64,000 nucleotides of DNA, taken from assembly GCA_035306825.1 (NCBI GenBank), contig DATGNI010000067.1, positions 5,736-69,735 of the forward strand, in the 5' to 3' direction. Source of the DNA: Azoarcus sp. (GTDB lineage: Bacteria; Pseudomonadota; Gammaproteobacteria; Burkholderiales; Rhodocyclaceae). The notes beneath the pieces are model-generated. The model had not been told where the DNA came from. It searched no databases and saw only the letters and a program-made list of their open reading frames with translations. A program made the translations under genes and the position numbers. Below are positions 9,906 to 23,024 of the stretch, piece by piece (within the stretch, counting starts at the first letter, position 1; each line of letters begins with the position of its first letter).

Positions 9906-12086
9906 TCAACCGACCTCCAGCTTCGCCACCGACAACAGCAACCACTTCATCCCGGTGGTGCCGAAATTGACCTGCACGCGGGCATCCGAGCCTGAACCTT
10001 CCGCAGCGACAATCACGCCCTGACCAAATTTCGCATGTTTGACGAGTTGGCCAACGTCCAGGCCCCCTTTTTCCTTGCGCCGCGGCACTGGAGCGGAGAC
10101 CGATGCACGTGGCGAGCGGAAATTACCCTGGGTCGGCATCGCCACGGATCGTTGCGGGGTGAGCCACTTCAGTAGCTCAGCGGGAATTTCTTCCAGAAAG
10201 CGCGACTTCAGGTTGTAACGCACCTGTCCGTGCAGCATGCGATTCTGCGCGAAGGACAGATAAAGGCGCTCACGCGCACGCGTCACAGCGACGTACATCA
10301 GGCGACGTTCTTCTTCCAGGCCGTCGGTTTCGAGGATGCTGTTTTCGTGCGGGAACAGCCCTTCTTCCAAACCTGTCGCAAAAACCACGTCAAATTCCAG
10401 ACCCTTGGCCGAGTGCACGGTCATCAGTTGCACCGCTTCGGCACCGATTTCGGCCTGATGATCGCCCGCTTCGAGCGAGGCATGGTTCAGAAAATCCGCC
10501 AGCAGCGCGTGATCCGCGCGATCGTCTTCCGGCGAGCCGTATTCACCCAGGAAGTTGGCCGCCGCGCTGACCAGTTCGTCGAGGTTTTCGAGACGTTCCT
10601 GACCTTCCTTTTCGTTTTGGTAATGCGTGCGCAGACCGGAGGCGTCGAGCACATGATCGACCAGCTCAGGCAGCGGCAATTTCGCTGTATCACGGCGCAT
10701 CGTCTCGATCATGAGAACGAAACTGGCAAGCACGGTTCCCGGCTTGCCAGGCAGGTGCGGCACGGTGGCGTACAGACTGGAATTGAAGGTGCGCGCGGCG
10801 TCGCTCAACGCCTCTTGCGAACGCGCCCCGATACCGCGCGTGGGGAAATTCACCACGCGCGCGAAGGAGGTGTCGTCATCGGGATTCGCCACCAGACGCA
10901 GATAGGCCAAGGCGTGCTTGACCTCCTGACGTTCGAAAAAACGCAAGCCGCCATACACCCGGTACGAAATACCGGACGAAAACAGTTGATGCTCCAGCAC
11001 GCGCGATTGCGCGTTGGAGCGGTACAGCACGGCAATATCCGAACGGCTCATGCCGTCGCGCACAAGCTGACCGATCTCCTCGACCACCCAACGGGCCTCG
11101 TCATGATCCGTGAACCCTTCATATACGCGGATCGGCTCACCCTCACCCTGATCGGTCCAGAGGTTCTTGCCCAGCCGGTTGGCATTGTTTCGAATGATCG
11201 CATTGGCGGCGTCGAGAATGTTGCCGTGTGAGCGATAATTCTGCTCAAGCCGGATCACGTTGGCGACGCGAAACTCACGCTCGAAATCACGCATGTTGCC
11301 CACATCCGCGCCCCGGAAACGATAGATCGACTGATCGTCATCGCCGACGCAAAACATCGCCGCGCCCCCTTCCGCACCCTCTGCTGCGAATTGTTTGAGC
11401 CAGCGATACTGCAAGTGATTGGTATCCTGGAATTCGTCCACGAGGATATGACGAAAGCGGTTTTGGTAGTGGCGACGGAGCGGCTCATTACGCTCCAGCA
11501 ACTCAAAGCTGCGCAGCAACAATTCGGCAAAATCCACCACGCCTTCGCGCTGACATCGATGCTCATATTCCTGATACAGCTCGACGCGACGACGGGTATA
11601 GTCATCCCACGCCTCGACCGCATGGGCACGGATGCCGGCCTCTTTCTGACCATTGATGAAGTGCTGCAATTCACGCGGCGGGAATTTCTCATCATCCACG
11701 TTGAGCGTTTTCAACATACGCTTGATCGCAGCAAGCTGGTCGGCCGAATCAAGAATCTGAAACAGCTGCGGCAGATTGGCATCGCGCCAGTGCGCGCGCA
11801 GCAGCCGATTGGCGAGCCCGTGGAAAGTGCCAATCCACATGCCGCGCGTGTTGATCGGCAGCATCGCGCCCAGCCGCGTCAGCATCTCGCGCGCGGCCTT
11901 GTTGGTAAAGGTGACGGCCAGCACACCGGTCGGCGTGACCTGATTGGTTTGCACCAGCCATGCAATCCGGGTGGTCAATACACGGGTCTTTCCTGACCCC
12001 GCGCCGGCAAGAATGAGGGCGTGCTGCGGGGGCAGACTAACCGCCTGGAGTTGTTCAGCGTTGAGATTGGCAAGCAGATCGGACAT
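9906..12086 (-). CDS. uvrD: DNA helicase II
   Basis: AGAGSGKT, VDEFQD, GDDDQSIY, LEQNYRS, HSAKGLEF, EEERRLMYVAVTRA; C-terminal tudor-like domain. Confidence 0.96.
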   Translation of the reverse strand: MSDLLANLNAEQLQAVSLPPQHALILAGAGSGKTRVLTTRIAWLVQTNQVTPTGVLAVTFTNKAAREMLTRLGAMLPINTRGMWIGTFHGLANRLLRAHWRDANLPQLFQILDSADQLAAIKRMLKTLNVDDEKFPPRELQHFINGQKEAGIRAHAVEAWDDYTRRRVELYQEYEHRCQREGVVDFAELLLRSFELLERNEPLRRHYQNRFRHILVDEFQDTNHLQYRWLKQFAAEGAEGGAAMFCVGDDDQSIYRFRGADVGNMRDFEREFRVANVIRLEQNYRSHGNILDAANAIIRNNANRLGKNLWTDQGEGEPIRVYEGFTDHDEARWVVEEIGQLVRDGMSRSDIAVLYRSNAQSRVLEHQLFSSGISYRVYGGLRFFERQEVKHALAYLRLVANPDDDTSFARVVNFPTRGIGARSQEALSDAARTFNSSLYATVPHLPGKPGTVLASFVLMIETMRRDTAKLPLPELVDHVLDASGLRTHYQNEKEGQERLENLDELVSAAANFLGEYGSPEDDRADHALLADFLNHASLEAGDHQAEIGAEAVQLMTVHSAKGLEFDVVFATGLEEGLFPHENSILETDGLEEERRLMYVAVTRARERLYLSFAQNRMLHGQVRYNLKSRFLEEIPAELLKWLTPQRSVAMPTQGNFRSPRASVSAPVPRRKEKGGLDVGQLVKHAKFGQGVIVAAEGSGSDARVQVNFGTTGMKWLLLSVAKLEVG

Positions 12087-12167
12087 GCACCGCATTGTAA
12101 CCGGACATCCGCCCCATAACGCCGAAGGCTTGACGCTTCAAGCTATAATCAGCGACTTACTCCCTAG

Positions 12168-14786
<2,619 letters not shown>

Positions 14787-14810
14787 GCGCCCGCCCCCTA
14801 AGGAAAGTAC

Positions 14811-15308
14811 ATGCCCGCCCTCCTTCGCCGTCGCCTCCTGCTCGCCACCCTCGCCCTGCCCCTCGCGGGTTGTGGCTTCCGACTGCGTGGCCCGCAGACA
14901 ATGGCTTTCGAGACACTGTCCATCAGCGGCATCCCCGAACACTCAAAGTTTGCTGCCGACATGCGACGCGAAATTGAGGCCGGCGGCTCCACGCGTATTG
15001 TGTCGACGCCGGAAGAAGCTGAGGTCCATCTCGAAATCCTCAACAACCGTCGCGCACGCTCCATCCTCTCGATCGCCGGCGACGGTTCGGTACGCGAATA
15101 CCAGATCAATCGCTTTCTCGTATACCGCATCCGCCATCGCGACGGCCGCATCCTGGCGGAACCGACCACGCTGCGCGCCCGACGCGAGTACAACTACGAC
15201 GATGAGCAGACCCTCGCCAAACAGCGCGAGGAAGACCTGCTTTATGAAGACATGGAGCGCGACTTGCTGCAGCAACTCGTGCGCCGTCTTGCCGCAGTCT
15301 CAACGTGA
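14811..15308 (+). CDS. lptE: LPS assembly lipoprotein LptE
   Basis: Lipobox LAGC followed by GFRLRG; conserved leuS-lptE-holA order. Confidence 0.9.
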   Translation: MPALLRRRLLLATLALPLAGCGFRLRGPQTMAFETLSISGIPEHSKFAADMRREIEAGGSTRIVSTPEEAEVHLEILNNRRARSILSIAGDGSVREYQINRFLVYRIRHRDGRILAEPTTLRARREYNYDDEQTLAKQREEDLLYEDMERDLLQQLVRRLAAVST

Positions 15309-16312
15309 ACCTGCGCCCGGATCAGCTCTCTGCTCATCTTGAAGGAGCGCTTGCGCCGCTTTACATACTGTTCGGCGACGAGCCCCTGTTGATCATCGAG
15401 GCCGCCGACGCAATTCGGGCGGCGGCCAAAGCCCAGGGCTTCGATGAGCGTGAGACCCTGATCGTCGACCGGCATTTCCGCTGGGAACAGCTCACCGTGG
15501 CAGCGGGGAACATGTCCTTGTTCGGCGGTCGAACGTTAATCGACTTGCGCATCCCGACGGGCAAACCCGGGCGGGAGGGCGGCGACGCGCTGCAGCGCTA
15601 CGTGACCCATCTGGACGCCAACACCCTCACCCTCATCACGCTGCCCGAAGTGGACTGGGCGGCGCGCAAAACCGCCTGGTTCAAGGCCCTTTCGAACGCC
15701 GGAACACTGCTGGAGTTGAATGCCCCGCCACGCGAACGTCTGCCGGCATGGATCGCGCAGCGCCTCGCCCGTCAGGAACAGAACGCACCGCAGGATGCGC
15801 TGGACTTCATCGCCGAACACGTGGAAGGCAACCTGCTCGCCGCACACCAGGAAATCCTCAAACTCGGCTTGCTTCATCCGCCCGGCGCATTGACGCTGGA
15901 GGATGTACGCGAGGCAGTGTTGTCCGTCGCGCGTTACGATATCGACGCGCTGCGTGAGGCCATGCTTGAGGGCGATCCTGCGCGCTGCGTGCGGCTTGTC
16001 GAAGCGTTGCGGGCGGAAGGCGCAGCTCCGCCGCTCGTTTTGTGGGCGCTGGCAACGGAAATTCGCACACTCGCAACATTGGCCGCCGCACGCGATGCCG
16101 GTCAATCGCTCGACGCGGCAATGAAAGCTGAACGTGTGTTCAATCACCGTCGGCGCACGCAGCTCTCAAACGCCCTGCCGCGCCTGCGGCGCAGCACCTT
16201 GCAGACCGCTTTGCTAGCCGCCGCGCGCCTCGATCGCATCGTCAAGGGCGTGGCCGACGGCGACGTGTGGCAGGAGTTCATTCAACTCACATTGCGCGTG
16301 TCACGACGCTGA
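15305..16312 (+). CDS. holA: DNA polymerase III delta subunit
   Basis: LYILFGDEPLLIIEAAD, MSLFG, EGNLLAAHQEILKL; GTG start overlaps the lptE stop. Confidence 0.95.
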   Translation: MNLRPDQLSAHLEGALAPLYILFGDEPLLIIEAADAIRAAAKAQGFDERETLIVDRHFRWEQLTVAAGNMSLFGGRTLIDLRIPTGKPGREGGDALQRYVTHLDANTLTLITLPEVDWAARKTAWFKALSNAGTLLELNAPPRERLPAWIAQRLARQEQNAPQDALDFIAEHVEGNLLAAHQEILKLGLLHPPGALTLEDVREAVLSVARYDIDALREAMLEGDPARCVRLVEALRAEGAAPPLVLWALATEIRTLATLAAARDAGQSLDAAMKAERVFNHRRRTQLSNALPRLRRSTLQTALLAAARLDRIVKGVADGDVWQEFIQLTLRVSRR

Positions 16313-16368
16313 AGTGCGTGCCCTCTGGTAATCTCTTCTGAATCAAAGCAAATAGTCTGGCTCGATCC

Positions 16369-17646
16369 ATGAATACCCTTGAATACATGCAACAACTCGG
16401 TCTCGCGGCCCGCACCGTCTCGCGCACCATCGCAGCCGCTTCAACCGACGCAAAAAACACCGCGCTCTGCGCAATGGCACAGGCCATCCGCAGCCAACGC
16501 GAAAAACTGCTCGCTGCCAACGCCCACGATCTTGAAATCGCTCGTGAGGCCGGCCTTGAGGCCGCGCTGCTCGATCGTCTGACGCTCGACGAAAAAGGCA
16601 TTGAAGCGATGGCGGCAGGCGTCGAACAGGTCGCAGCCCTGCCCGATCCGATCGGAGAAATGACGGAGCTGCGCCGCCGCCCCAGCGGTATTCAGGTCGG
16701 CAAGATGCGGGTGCCACTGGGTGTGGTCGGCATCATCTACGAATCGCGTCCGAACGTCACCGCCGATGCCGCTGCGTTGTGCCTCAAGTCTGGCAACGCT
16801 GCCATCCTCCGCGGCGGCAAGGAAGCCTTGCACAGCAACCAGGCCATCGCCGCCTGCGTACGCGCCGGCCTGTCGGCAGCGGGCCTGCCGGAAACTGCCG
16901 TGCAGGTCGTCGAAACCACTGACCGCGCAGCGGTCGGCCAGCTCATCACCATGTCGGAATATGTCGACGTGATTGTTCCGCGCGGCGGAAAGGGTCTGAT
17001 CGAACGCATTTCGGCAGAAGCGCGCGTACCGGTCATCAAGCACCTGGACGGCAATTGCCATGTGTATGTGGACGACGCAGCGGATCCCGCCAAAGTCGTA
17101 TCCATCGTCGAGAACGCCAAAACGCAGCGTTATGGCACGTGCAACACCGCCGAATCACTGCTCGTCGCACGCAAGGTCGCAAAACAGTTTTTGCCTGACA
17201 TTGGCCGAGCCATGATCGCCAAAGGGGTGGAAATGCGCGTCGATTCTGAATCCCGCACGATCCTCGCGGAAGCCGGCATCGCGGACAAACTGCTCAGAGA
17301 AGCCACCGAATCCGATTGGGGCGAGGAATATCTCGCACCGATCATCGCGATAAAAATCGTTGCCGACCTCGACGAAGCCATCACGCACATCAACACGTAC
17401 AGCTCGGGCCATACCGAAGCGATCATCAGCGAAAACCACAGTCACGCGATGCGCTTTTTGCGCGAAATCGATTCCGCGTCCGTCATGATCAACGCTTCAA
17501 CCCGCTTCGCCGACGGTTTCGAATACGGGCTTGGCGCCGAAATCGGCATTTCGACAGACAAGATCCACGCGCGCGGCCCGGTGGGTCTGGAAGGCCTGAC
17601 CAGCCAGAAATGGATCGTTTTCGGCAACGGGGAAATCCGCTCGTAG
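16369..17646 (+). CDS. proA: Gamma-glutamyl phosphate reductase
   Basis: [55 protein letters not shown]. Confidence 0.97.
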   Translation: MNTLEYMQQLGLAARTVSRTIAAASTDAKNTALCAMAQAIRSQREKLLAANAHDLEIAREAGLEAALLDRLTLDEKGIEAMAAGVEQVAALPDPIGEMTELRRRPSGIQVGKMRVPLGVVGIIYESRPNVTADAAALCLKSGNAAILRGGKEALHSNQAIAACVRAGLSAAGLPETAVQVVETTDRAAVGQLITMSEYVDVIVPRGGKGLIERISAEARVPVIKHLDGNCHVYVDDAADPAKVVSIVENAKTQRYGTCNTAESLLVARKVAKQFLPDIGRAMIAKGVEMRVDSESRTILAEAGIADKLLREATESDWGEEYLAPIIAIKIVADLDEAITHINTYSSGHTEAIISENHSHAMRFLREIDSASVMINASTRFADGFEYGLGAEIGISTDKIHARGPVGLEGLTSQKWIVFGNGEIRS

Positions 17647-17653
17647 GCACGGC

Positions 17654-18127
17654 ATGCACGATCACGAATTCGCCGCAATCATTCAGCTGCCCTTCGGCCC
17701 GATGGGGATCGATTGCACCGATGAAGTGGTACATGAATTCGTTTTTCTCCCGCCGAATACGGCCGAACGCGCACCGCGCAACCGCCTTGCCGAACATGCC
17801 GCCAATGTATTACGGCGTTGGATTGACGAACCAGAGCGCCCGCATGCATTGCCCACAGCCGAATGCGGCACCCCCTTCCAGCGACGGGTGTGGGCCGCGA
17901 TTTCAGCCATTCCGCGTGGCCATACACGCAGCTATGGCGAATTGGCCCACGCCATTGCCAGCGCCCCGCGCGCGGTCGGCATGGCGTGTGGCGCCAATCC
18001 ATTCCCGCTCATCGTCCCCTGTCATCGAGTGGTCGCACGTATCGGGCTGGGCGGTTTCGCGGGCAATCGTGACGGCCACCTCATCCAGGTCAAGCAATGG
18101 CTACTCGACCACGAAGCGAAACGGTAA
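17654..18127 (+). CDS. ogt: Methylated-DNA--protein-cysteine methyltransferase
   Basis: GTPFQRRVW, SYGELA, active-site PCHRV. Confidence 0.92.
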   Translation: MHDHEFAAIIQLPFGPMGIDCTDEVVHEFVFLPPNTAERAPRNRLAEHAANVLRRWIDEPERPHALPTAECGTPFQRRVWAAISAIPRGHTRSYGELAHAIASAPRAVGMACGANPFPLIVPCHRVVARIGLGGFAGNRDGHLIQVKQWLLDHEAKR

Positions 18128-19041
18128 GCGACCGGGGCGAATTACCGGCCCAGTCCCTCGCCGAACTCGACACCTTCAGCGATTTTCTGTGGCTCGAATA
18201 CGGTCTGTCGAAAAACACCATTGCCAGTTACCGGAGTGATCTCACCCTGTTCGCCGCCTGGCTCGCGAAGCGCTACGGCCGTCCTTTAAGTGCGGCCCGC
18301 GAGACGGAACTCTCCGCTTATCTCGCCGAATTCAGCCGTCACGCCAAATCCACCAGCCAACGTCGACTGTTGTCTTCGTGGCGGCGTTTCTATCGCCATC
18401 TCATTGATCGTGGCGCACTGACACACGACCCCACCGCCCGCCTCACCTCACCGATGCCCGTGCAACGCTTCCCCAGAACGCTTTCCGAAGCCGAGGTGGA
18501 GCGTCTCCTTGAAGCGCCCGACATTGACACGCCGGCAGGTCTGCGTGATCGCACGATGCTCGAGGTGTTGTATGCAAGCGGCTTGCGCGTCTCCGAACTC
18601 GTCGGCCTCGCTCCGTTTTCAGTCAGCCTGCGTGAAGGCCTCGTGCGGATCGTGGGCAAAGGTGACAAGGAACGCCTCGTGCCGCTTGGCGACATCGCAA
18701 TGGAATGGCTTGAACGCTATTTGCGCGAAGCACGCCCCGCCATTCTCGCCGGCCGCACCAGCGAATACGTTTTCGTCACTCGTTTCGGCACCGGCATGAC
18801 ACGCCAGATGTTCTGGCATCTCATCAAGAAATACGCAATGGAAGCCGGCATGGCTTCAGAACGACTCTCTCCCCACACACTGCGTCACGCATTCGCAACC
18901 CATCTCATCAATCACGGTGCCGATCTGCGTGTGGTACAAATGCTGCTCGGCCATGCCGACATTTCCACCACCCAGATCTATACGCACGTTGCACGCGAAC
19001 GTTTAAAAACAATGCACCAGCGTCATCATCCCCGCGCGTAG
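18097..19041 (+). CDS. xerD: Tyrosine recombinase XerD (start codon uncertain)
   Basis: LYASGLRVSELV, GKGDKERLVP, SPHTLRHAFATHLINHGADLRVVQMLLGHADISTTQIYTHV, C-terminal HHPRA typical of XerD. Confidence 0.93.
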   Translation: MATRPRSETVSDRGELPAQSLAELDTFSDFLWLEYGLSKNTIASYRSDLTLFAAWLAKRYGRPLSAARETELSAYLAEFSRHAKSTSQRRLLSSWRRFYRHLIDRGALTHDPTARLTSPMPVQRFPRTLSEAEVERLLEAPDIDTPAGLRDRTMLEVLYASGLRVSELVGLAPFSVSLREGLVRIVGKGDKERLVPLGDIAMEWLERYLREARPAILAGRTSEYVFVTRFGTGMTRQMFWHLIKKYAMEAGMASERLSPHTLRHAFATHLINHGADLRVVQMLLGHADISTTQIYTHVARERLKTMHQRHHPRA

Positions 19042-19384
19042 AATCTTTAAGCCTGTTCATTCCGCCCTGCGCTATTGAATGACCCATTCGGCCATTGTGG
19101 TTATCTGCCAATAGCGCGCTCAAACGCCCGCAAAATCACGGCCTGCACGCGCACAGAAACCCTGCTGAAACGGATTGAAATACCTTTTTTCCACCCTTCA
19201 CTCAACGCCATCAATAATGGAAAAAGCTTCTTCTCTCCATTCACCGTTCAGATAAACTCCTCATACGGCATCGCTCACTCCGTAGCCTCCGAGCAGGAAC
19301 CATTCACAGGCGCTTTTAATTTAAAGGCTCTGATGCCAGAATGAACACAATGCAATCCGCAACCTTCTACAAAAAGGATAAGTC

Positions 19385-19753
19385 ATGGATTTGACTACGA
19401 TGTCCGTGTCGGAACTGAAGAAACTTGAAACTCGAGTCACAAAAGAGCTTTCCCGGCGCAAAGAGGCGACCAAACGTTCGCTGCTCAAGGAAATCAAAAA
19501 ACTCGCGGAAGCCCAAGGGGTTTCTTTCGATGAGATCATGAAAGAAGCCGAAACCGCCCTGCCCGGTCGCAAACGTGGCCCGGCCAAAAAGAAAAACGCC
19601 GCAGGCGCGAAACCGGGTGCAAAATTGCCGCCCAAATACCGCAACCCCGCCAACCCTGAACAGGGCTGGAGCGGCCACGGCCGTCGTCCCCAGTGGGTGC
19701 TTGACCATCTCGCCACAGGCAAACCACTCGAAGATCTGGCGATCGAAAAATAA
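19385..19753 (+). CDS. hns: H-NS family nucleoid-associated protein
   Basis: N-terminal coiled coil, basic linker, C-terminal PKYRNPANPEQGWSGHGRRPQW; AT-rich upstream region. Confidence 0.9.
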   Translation: MDLTTMSVSELKKLETRVTKELSRRKEATKRSLLKEIKKLAEAQGVSFDEIMKEAETALPGRKRGPAKKKNAAGAKPGAKLPPKYRNPANPEQGWSGHGRRPQWVLDHLATGKPLEDLAIEK

Positions 19754-19764
19754 ACGGCCTCATG

Positions 19765-19804
19765 AATCAAAAAGGGTGTGCCAAATGGCACACCCTTTTT
19801 GATT
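19765..19804. terminator. Bidirectional intrinsic terminator after hns
   Basis: Perfect inverted repeat AATCAAAAAGGGTGTGCCA-aa-TGGCACACCCTTTTTGATT. Confidence 0.88.
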
Positions 19805-19965
19805 GCATTTAGAAAGACATTGCGGGCAACCGCCGCAAACGAGCGGTGCCCAAACCGCACGGCTCACAGAATGCCGTGCGCCATTGAGCGGCCAGGCCGC
19901 ACACATCCAGACGCCGCGCCGAATGGCGCGCTATCGGCTTCACAAGCGCTCAAGCATCCTGAACA

Positions 19966-20355
19966 TCATTGCGCAGCAAGAACCGGCGATTCCGGCCCGC
20001 TGCTATTCGTCTGCCCGCGCTCGATGTAGATCCCTACACGCCGCACATTTTTCATCACGCCAATTTTTGCAATGCGCAACTTGATCCACGGCGCCCCAAA
20101 CTCATCGCACAACAAACTGACGACGTATTCGCCAAGCGATTCGATCAGGTTAAAATGACGCGCTTCCAGTTCTTGGCAGATACGTTCAACCACTGTTGAA
20201 TAGTCGATGGTGTCCGCCAAATCATCTCGTTCAGCCGCCGCGTCCGGAAGCCCGAAAGAGAGGTTGAGCTCGATCATTTGCGGCGCCGCTTTTTCCCGCT
20301 CATAAACGCCAACCCGTGCGCGAACGCGCAGTTCCTCGATGAAAATAAAGTCCAT
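19966..20355 (-). CDS. folB: Dihydroneopterin aldolase
   Basis: MDFIFIEELRVRARVGVYERE, DDLADTIDYS, FNLIESL; divergent from plsY. Confidence 0.92.
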   Translation of the reverse strand: MDFIFIEELRVRARVGVYEREKAAPQMIELNLSFGLPDAAAERDDLADTIDYSTVVERICQELEARHFNLIESLGEYVVSLLCDEFGAPWIKLRIAKIGVMKNVRRVGIYIERGQTNSSGPESPVLAAQ

Positions 20356-20497
20356 GCAGTTTTCCAATCAACAGTCGTGACGAGGCAGGCCCGGCTGCTA
20401 GAATTGCACCGGTCGCCTCTACCGGCAATTGAGCGTGCTTCCGGTTTTATTGGAACGGAGAGTACGCCCAAGCCAACATTCTGAACCATTTATCCCG

Positions 20498-21091
20498 ATG
20501 AATATCTTCCTGGTTGTAATTGCCGCCTATCTTGTCGGCTCCATCCCCTTTGCAATGGTATCGAGCCGCTTGTTTGGTCTGGAGGATCCGCGCACCTACG
20601 GCTCGGGCAATCCCGGCGCAACCAATGTGCTGCGCAGTGGCAACAAGGCTGCGGCCATCGTCACACTGCTCGGAGACTGTCTCAAGGGCTGGTTCGTGGT
20701 TTGGGCCGCTTATCAGCTTGGTTTCGAGCCTGGCATCGCGGCGCTGGCTGGCCTCGCAGCTTTTCTCGGTCATCTGTTCAGCGTGTTTTTGCGTTTCAAA
20801 GGCGGGAAAGGCGTCGCCACCGCGCTCGGCGTGCTGCTGGGTATTCATCCGCTTCTTGCACTGGTTGCGCTACTGGTCTGGCTGATCGTCTTCGGGATCA
20901 CCCGTTATTCTTCGGCGGGCGCACTCAGCGCAACTGCATCAGCGCCCATCCTGGGCATCCTGCTGGTCGACGATGCATTGGTGGTAGGCGTGCTGTTCGC
21001 CATAACGGCGCTGCTCGTACTGCGTCACCGGGACAATATCGAACGCCTGAAAAACGGCACCGAACCCCGCATCGGCGAAAAGAAAACCTGA
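20498..21091 (+). CDS. plsY: Glycerol-3-phosphate acyltransferase PlsY
   Basis: [37 protein letters not shown]. Confidence 0.95.
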   Translation: MNIFLVVIAAYLVGSIPFAMVSSRLFGLEDPRTYGSGNPGATNVLRSGNKAAAIVTLLGDCLKGWFVVWAAYQLGFEPGIAALAGLAAFLGHLFSVFLRFKGGKGVATALGVLLGIHPLLALVALLVWLIVFGITRYSSAGALSATASAPILGILLVDDALVVGVLFAITALLVLRHRDNIERLKNGTEPRIGEKKT

Positions 21092-21095
21092 ACGC

Positions 21096-22118
21096 TCAAG
21101 CGTTCGGGCGCTGCAATTCCGCCAAGGGCCAGCGCGGCCGTACATGGATTGCATACCCTTGTGGCCGCTCTCCCGCCACCATGCGCAACGCGCCCGCAAA
21201 CGCGATCATCGCGCCGTTATCGGTGCACAATTCCATTTCGGGATAATACACACGCGCCCCGCGTCGCGCCGCGGCCGCATCCAGGGTGCGACGCAATTCG
21301 CGATTCGCCCCCACGCCCCCCGCAACAACGAGCCTTTGAGCGTTCGACTGCGCCAGCGCGCTCAACGCTTTCGCACACAAGACCTCGACCACCGCCTGCT
21401 GAAAATCGGCCGCCAGATCGGCGGCGTCATGGGGGCTCCAGCTGTCTTTCGATACAACATGAAGCACGGCGGTTTTCAGGCCGCTGAAACTGAAGTCGAG
21501 ATCACCCGAGCGGAGCATCGGACGCGGCAACTTGAAACGTCCAGTCACGCCTTTTTCCGCCAGCGCCGCCAGTTGTGGCCCGCCCGGATAGCCCAGCCCC
21601 ATCAGCTTGGCGGTCTTGTCGAACGCCTCACCGGCTGCATCGTCGAGCGTCTCCCCAAGCAATTCATATTCGCCCACGCCCGTAACGTGCATCAATTGAG
21701 TGTGGCCGCCCGACACCAGCAGCGCAACGAACGGGAATTCAGGCGGATCGGCCCCGAGCAACGGCGAAAGCAAGTGCCCTTCGAGATGGTGTACGCGCAG
21801 CACAGGAAGCCCCTGTGCCATACCAAAAGCCTCGGCAAAGCTGGCACCCACCAGCAATGCGCCCGCCAACCCCGGCCCGGCCGTATAGGCCACAGCATCG
21901 AGTTCGCTCGGTCTGCAGCCGGCCGCCTCCAACGTCTGACGCACCAGCACGGGCAGCAAACGAATATGATCGCGGGAAGCCAGTTCCGGCACCACACCGC
22001 CATAGGCGGCGTGAAGGTCGATCTGGGAATTCACATGATGCGCGAGCAGACCCGCGGTGCTGTCGTAGACGGCAACCCCGGTTTCGTCGCAGGATGTCTC
22101 GATGCCAAGTACTTTCAT
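21096..22118 (-). CDS. tsaD: tRNA N6-threonylcarbamoyltransferase TsaD
   Basis: [36 protein letters not shown]. Real start is 22118; the track ORF is over-extended. Confidence 0.96.
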   Translation of the reverse strand: MKVLGIETSCDETGVAVYDSTAGLLAHHVNSQIDLHAAYGGVVPELASRDHIRLLPVLVRQTLEAAGCRPSELDAVAYTAGPGLAGALLVGASFAEAFGMAQGLPVLRVHHLEGHLLSPLLGADPPEFPFVALLVSGGHTQLMHVTGVGEYELLGETLDDAAGEAFDKTAKLMGLGYPGGPQLAALAEKGVTGRFKLPRPMLRSGDLDFSFSGLKTAVLHVVSKDSWSPHDAADLAADFQQAVVEVLCAKALSALAQSNAQRLVVAGGVGANRELRRTLDAAAARRGARVYYPEMELCTDNGAMIAFAGALRMVAGERPQGYAIHVRPRWPLAELQRPNA

Positions 22119-22253
22119 CCGTGGATTTTCGCCCGCAAAAACGCGGATTCTACCGCTCGGGCCTCTTTCATTCCAATGTTTGCTTGCATGCTCCCGTCCG
22201 GGTCCGGTATAATTTGCCCCTTTTCCGCATTCAAAGCACAAGGACGTTTCGCA

Positions 22254-22466
22254 ATGCCGGGTATCCGCGTCAAGGAAAACGAGCCGTTTGAAGTTGCCAT
22301 CCGCCGCTTCAAGCGCACCATAGAAAAGACCGGTCTGCTTACCGAGCTGCGTTCGCGCGAGTTCTACGAGAAGCCCACAGCCGAACGCAAGCGTAAGCTC
22401 GCCGCCGCGGTCAAGCGCAATCACAAGCGCCTGCGCAGCCAAATGCTGCCGCCGAAGATGTACTGA
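22254..22466 (+). CDS. rpsU: 30S ribosomal protein S21
   Basis: [41 protein letters not shown]; 70 aa; the C-terminal part of track ORF 21144..22466. Confidence 0.97.
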   Translation: MPGIRVKENEPFEVAIRRFKRTIEKTGLLTELRSREFYEKPTAERKRKLAAAVKRNHKRLRSQMLPPKMY

Positions 22467-22490
22467 TCCGCTTTTCTTTCCGGATCGATC

Positions 22491-22536
22491 ACCACGCCGG
22501 GGCAGCCTTGCAGAAGGCTGCCCCGGCGTGGTTTTT
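22491..22536 (+). terminator. Intrinsic terminator after rpsU
   Basis: 19-bp perfect stem ACCACGCCGGGGCAGCCTT-gcag-AAGGCTGCCCCGGCGTGGT followed by a T run. Confidence 0.85.
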
Positions 22537-22559
22537 GCCTTCTCGACAACGAGGTTTAC

Positions 22560-23012
22560 ATGTCCATGTCTCTGAAAGTCCGTATCCAGGAAGACATGAA
22601 GGCAGCGATGCGCGCTCGCGACGCCGCTCGCCTGTCTGCGTTGCGCATGCTACTCGCCGGGATCAAACAGCGAGAGATCGATGAGCGCATCGAGCTTGAC
22701 GACACTGCCGTGGTTGCCATCGTAGAGAAACTTGTCAAGCAACGACGCGACGCCGCCGAACAGTACGCCAAGGCCGGTCGTGACGAATCCGCCGCCAATG
22801 AACGCTTCGAGATCGAGGTTCTGTCCGCGTATCTGCCAGCAGCACTCGACGAGGCTGCACTGGATTCGCTGATACATGCCGCAATCCGCGACAGTGACGC
22901 GCGCGGCATGGCCGACATGGGCAAAGTGATGGGACTTCTCAAACCGCAAGTCGCCGGTCGTGCCGACATGGCCGAGGTGTCACGCCGTATTCGCGCCAGC
23001 CTTGCCGGTTAA
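22560..23012 (+). CDS. GatB/YqeY domain protein
   Basis: [17 protein letters not shown]...KQRRDA...YLP...DMGKVMG; usual rpsU-yqeY-dnaG position. Confidence 0.93.
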   Translation: MSMSLKVRIQEDMKAAMRARDAARLSALRMLLAGIKQREIDERIELDDTAVVAIVEKLVKQRRDAAEQYAKAGRDESAANERFEIEVLSAYLPAALDEAALDSLIHAAIRDSDARGMADMGKVMGLLKPQVAGRADMAEVSRRIRASLAG

Positions 23013-23024
23013 ACGCTCCTGTCC

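Noticed and set aside
18097-19041. Tyrosine recombinase as a possible phage or island integrase
   Set aside because: Sequence and context are those of housekeeping XerD; no att sites or cargo.
21096-22466. Apparent 448-aa TsaD and 440-aa S21 fusion-like ORFs
   Set aside because: Upstream extensions are open by chance; real starts are 22118 (tsaD) and 22254 (rpsU), with a divergent promoter region between them.
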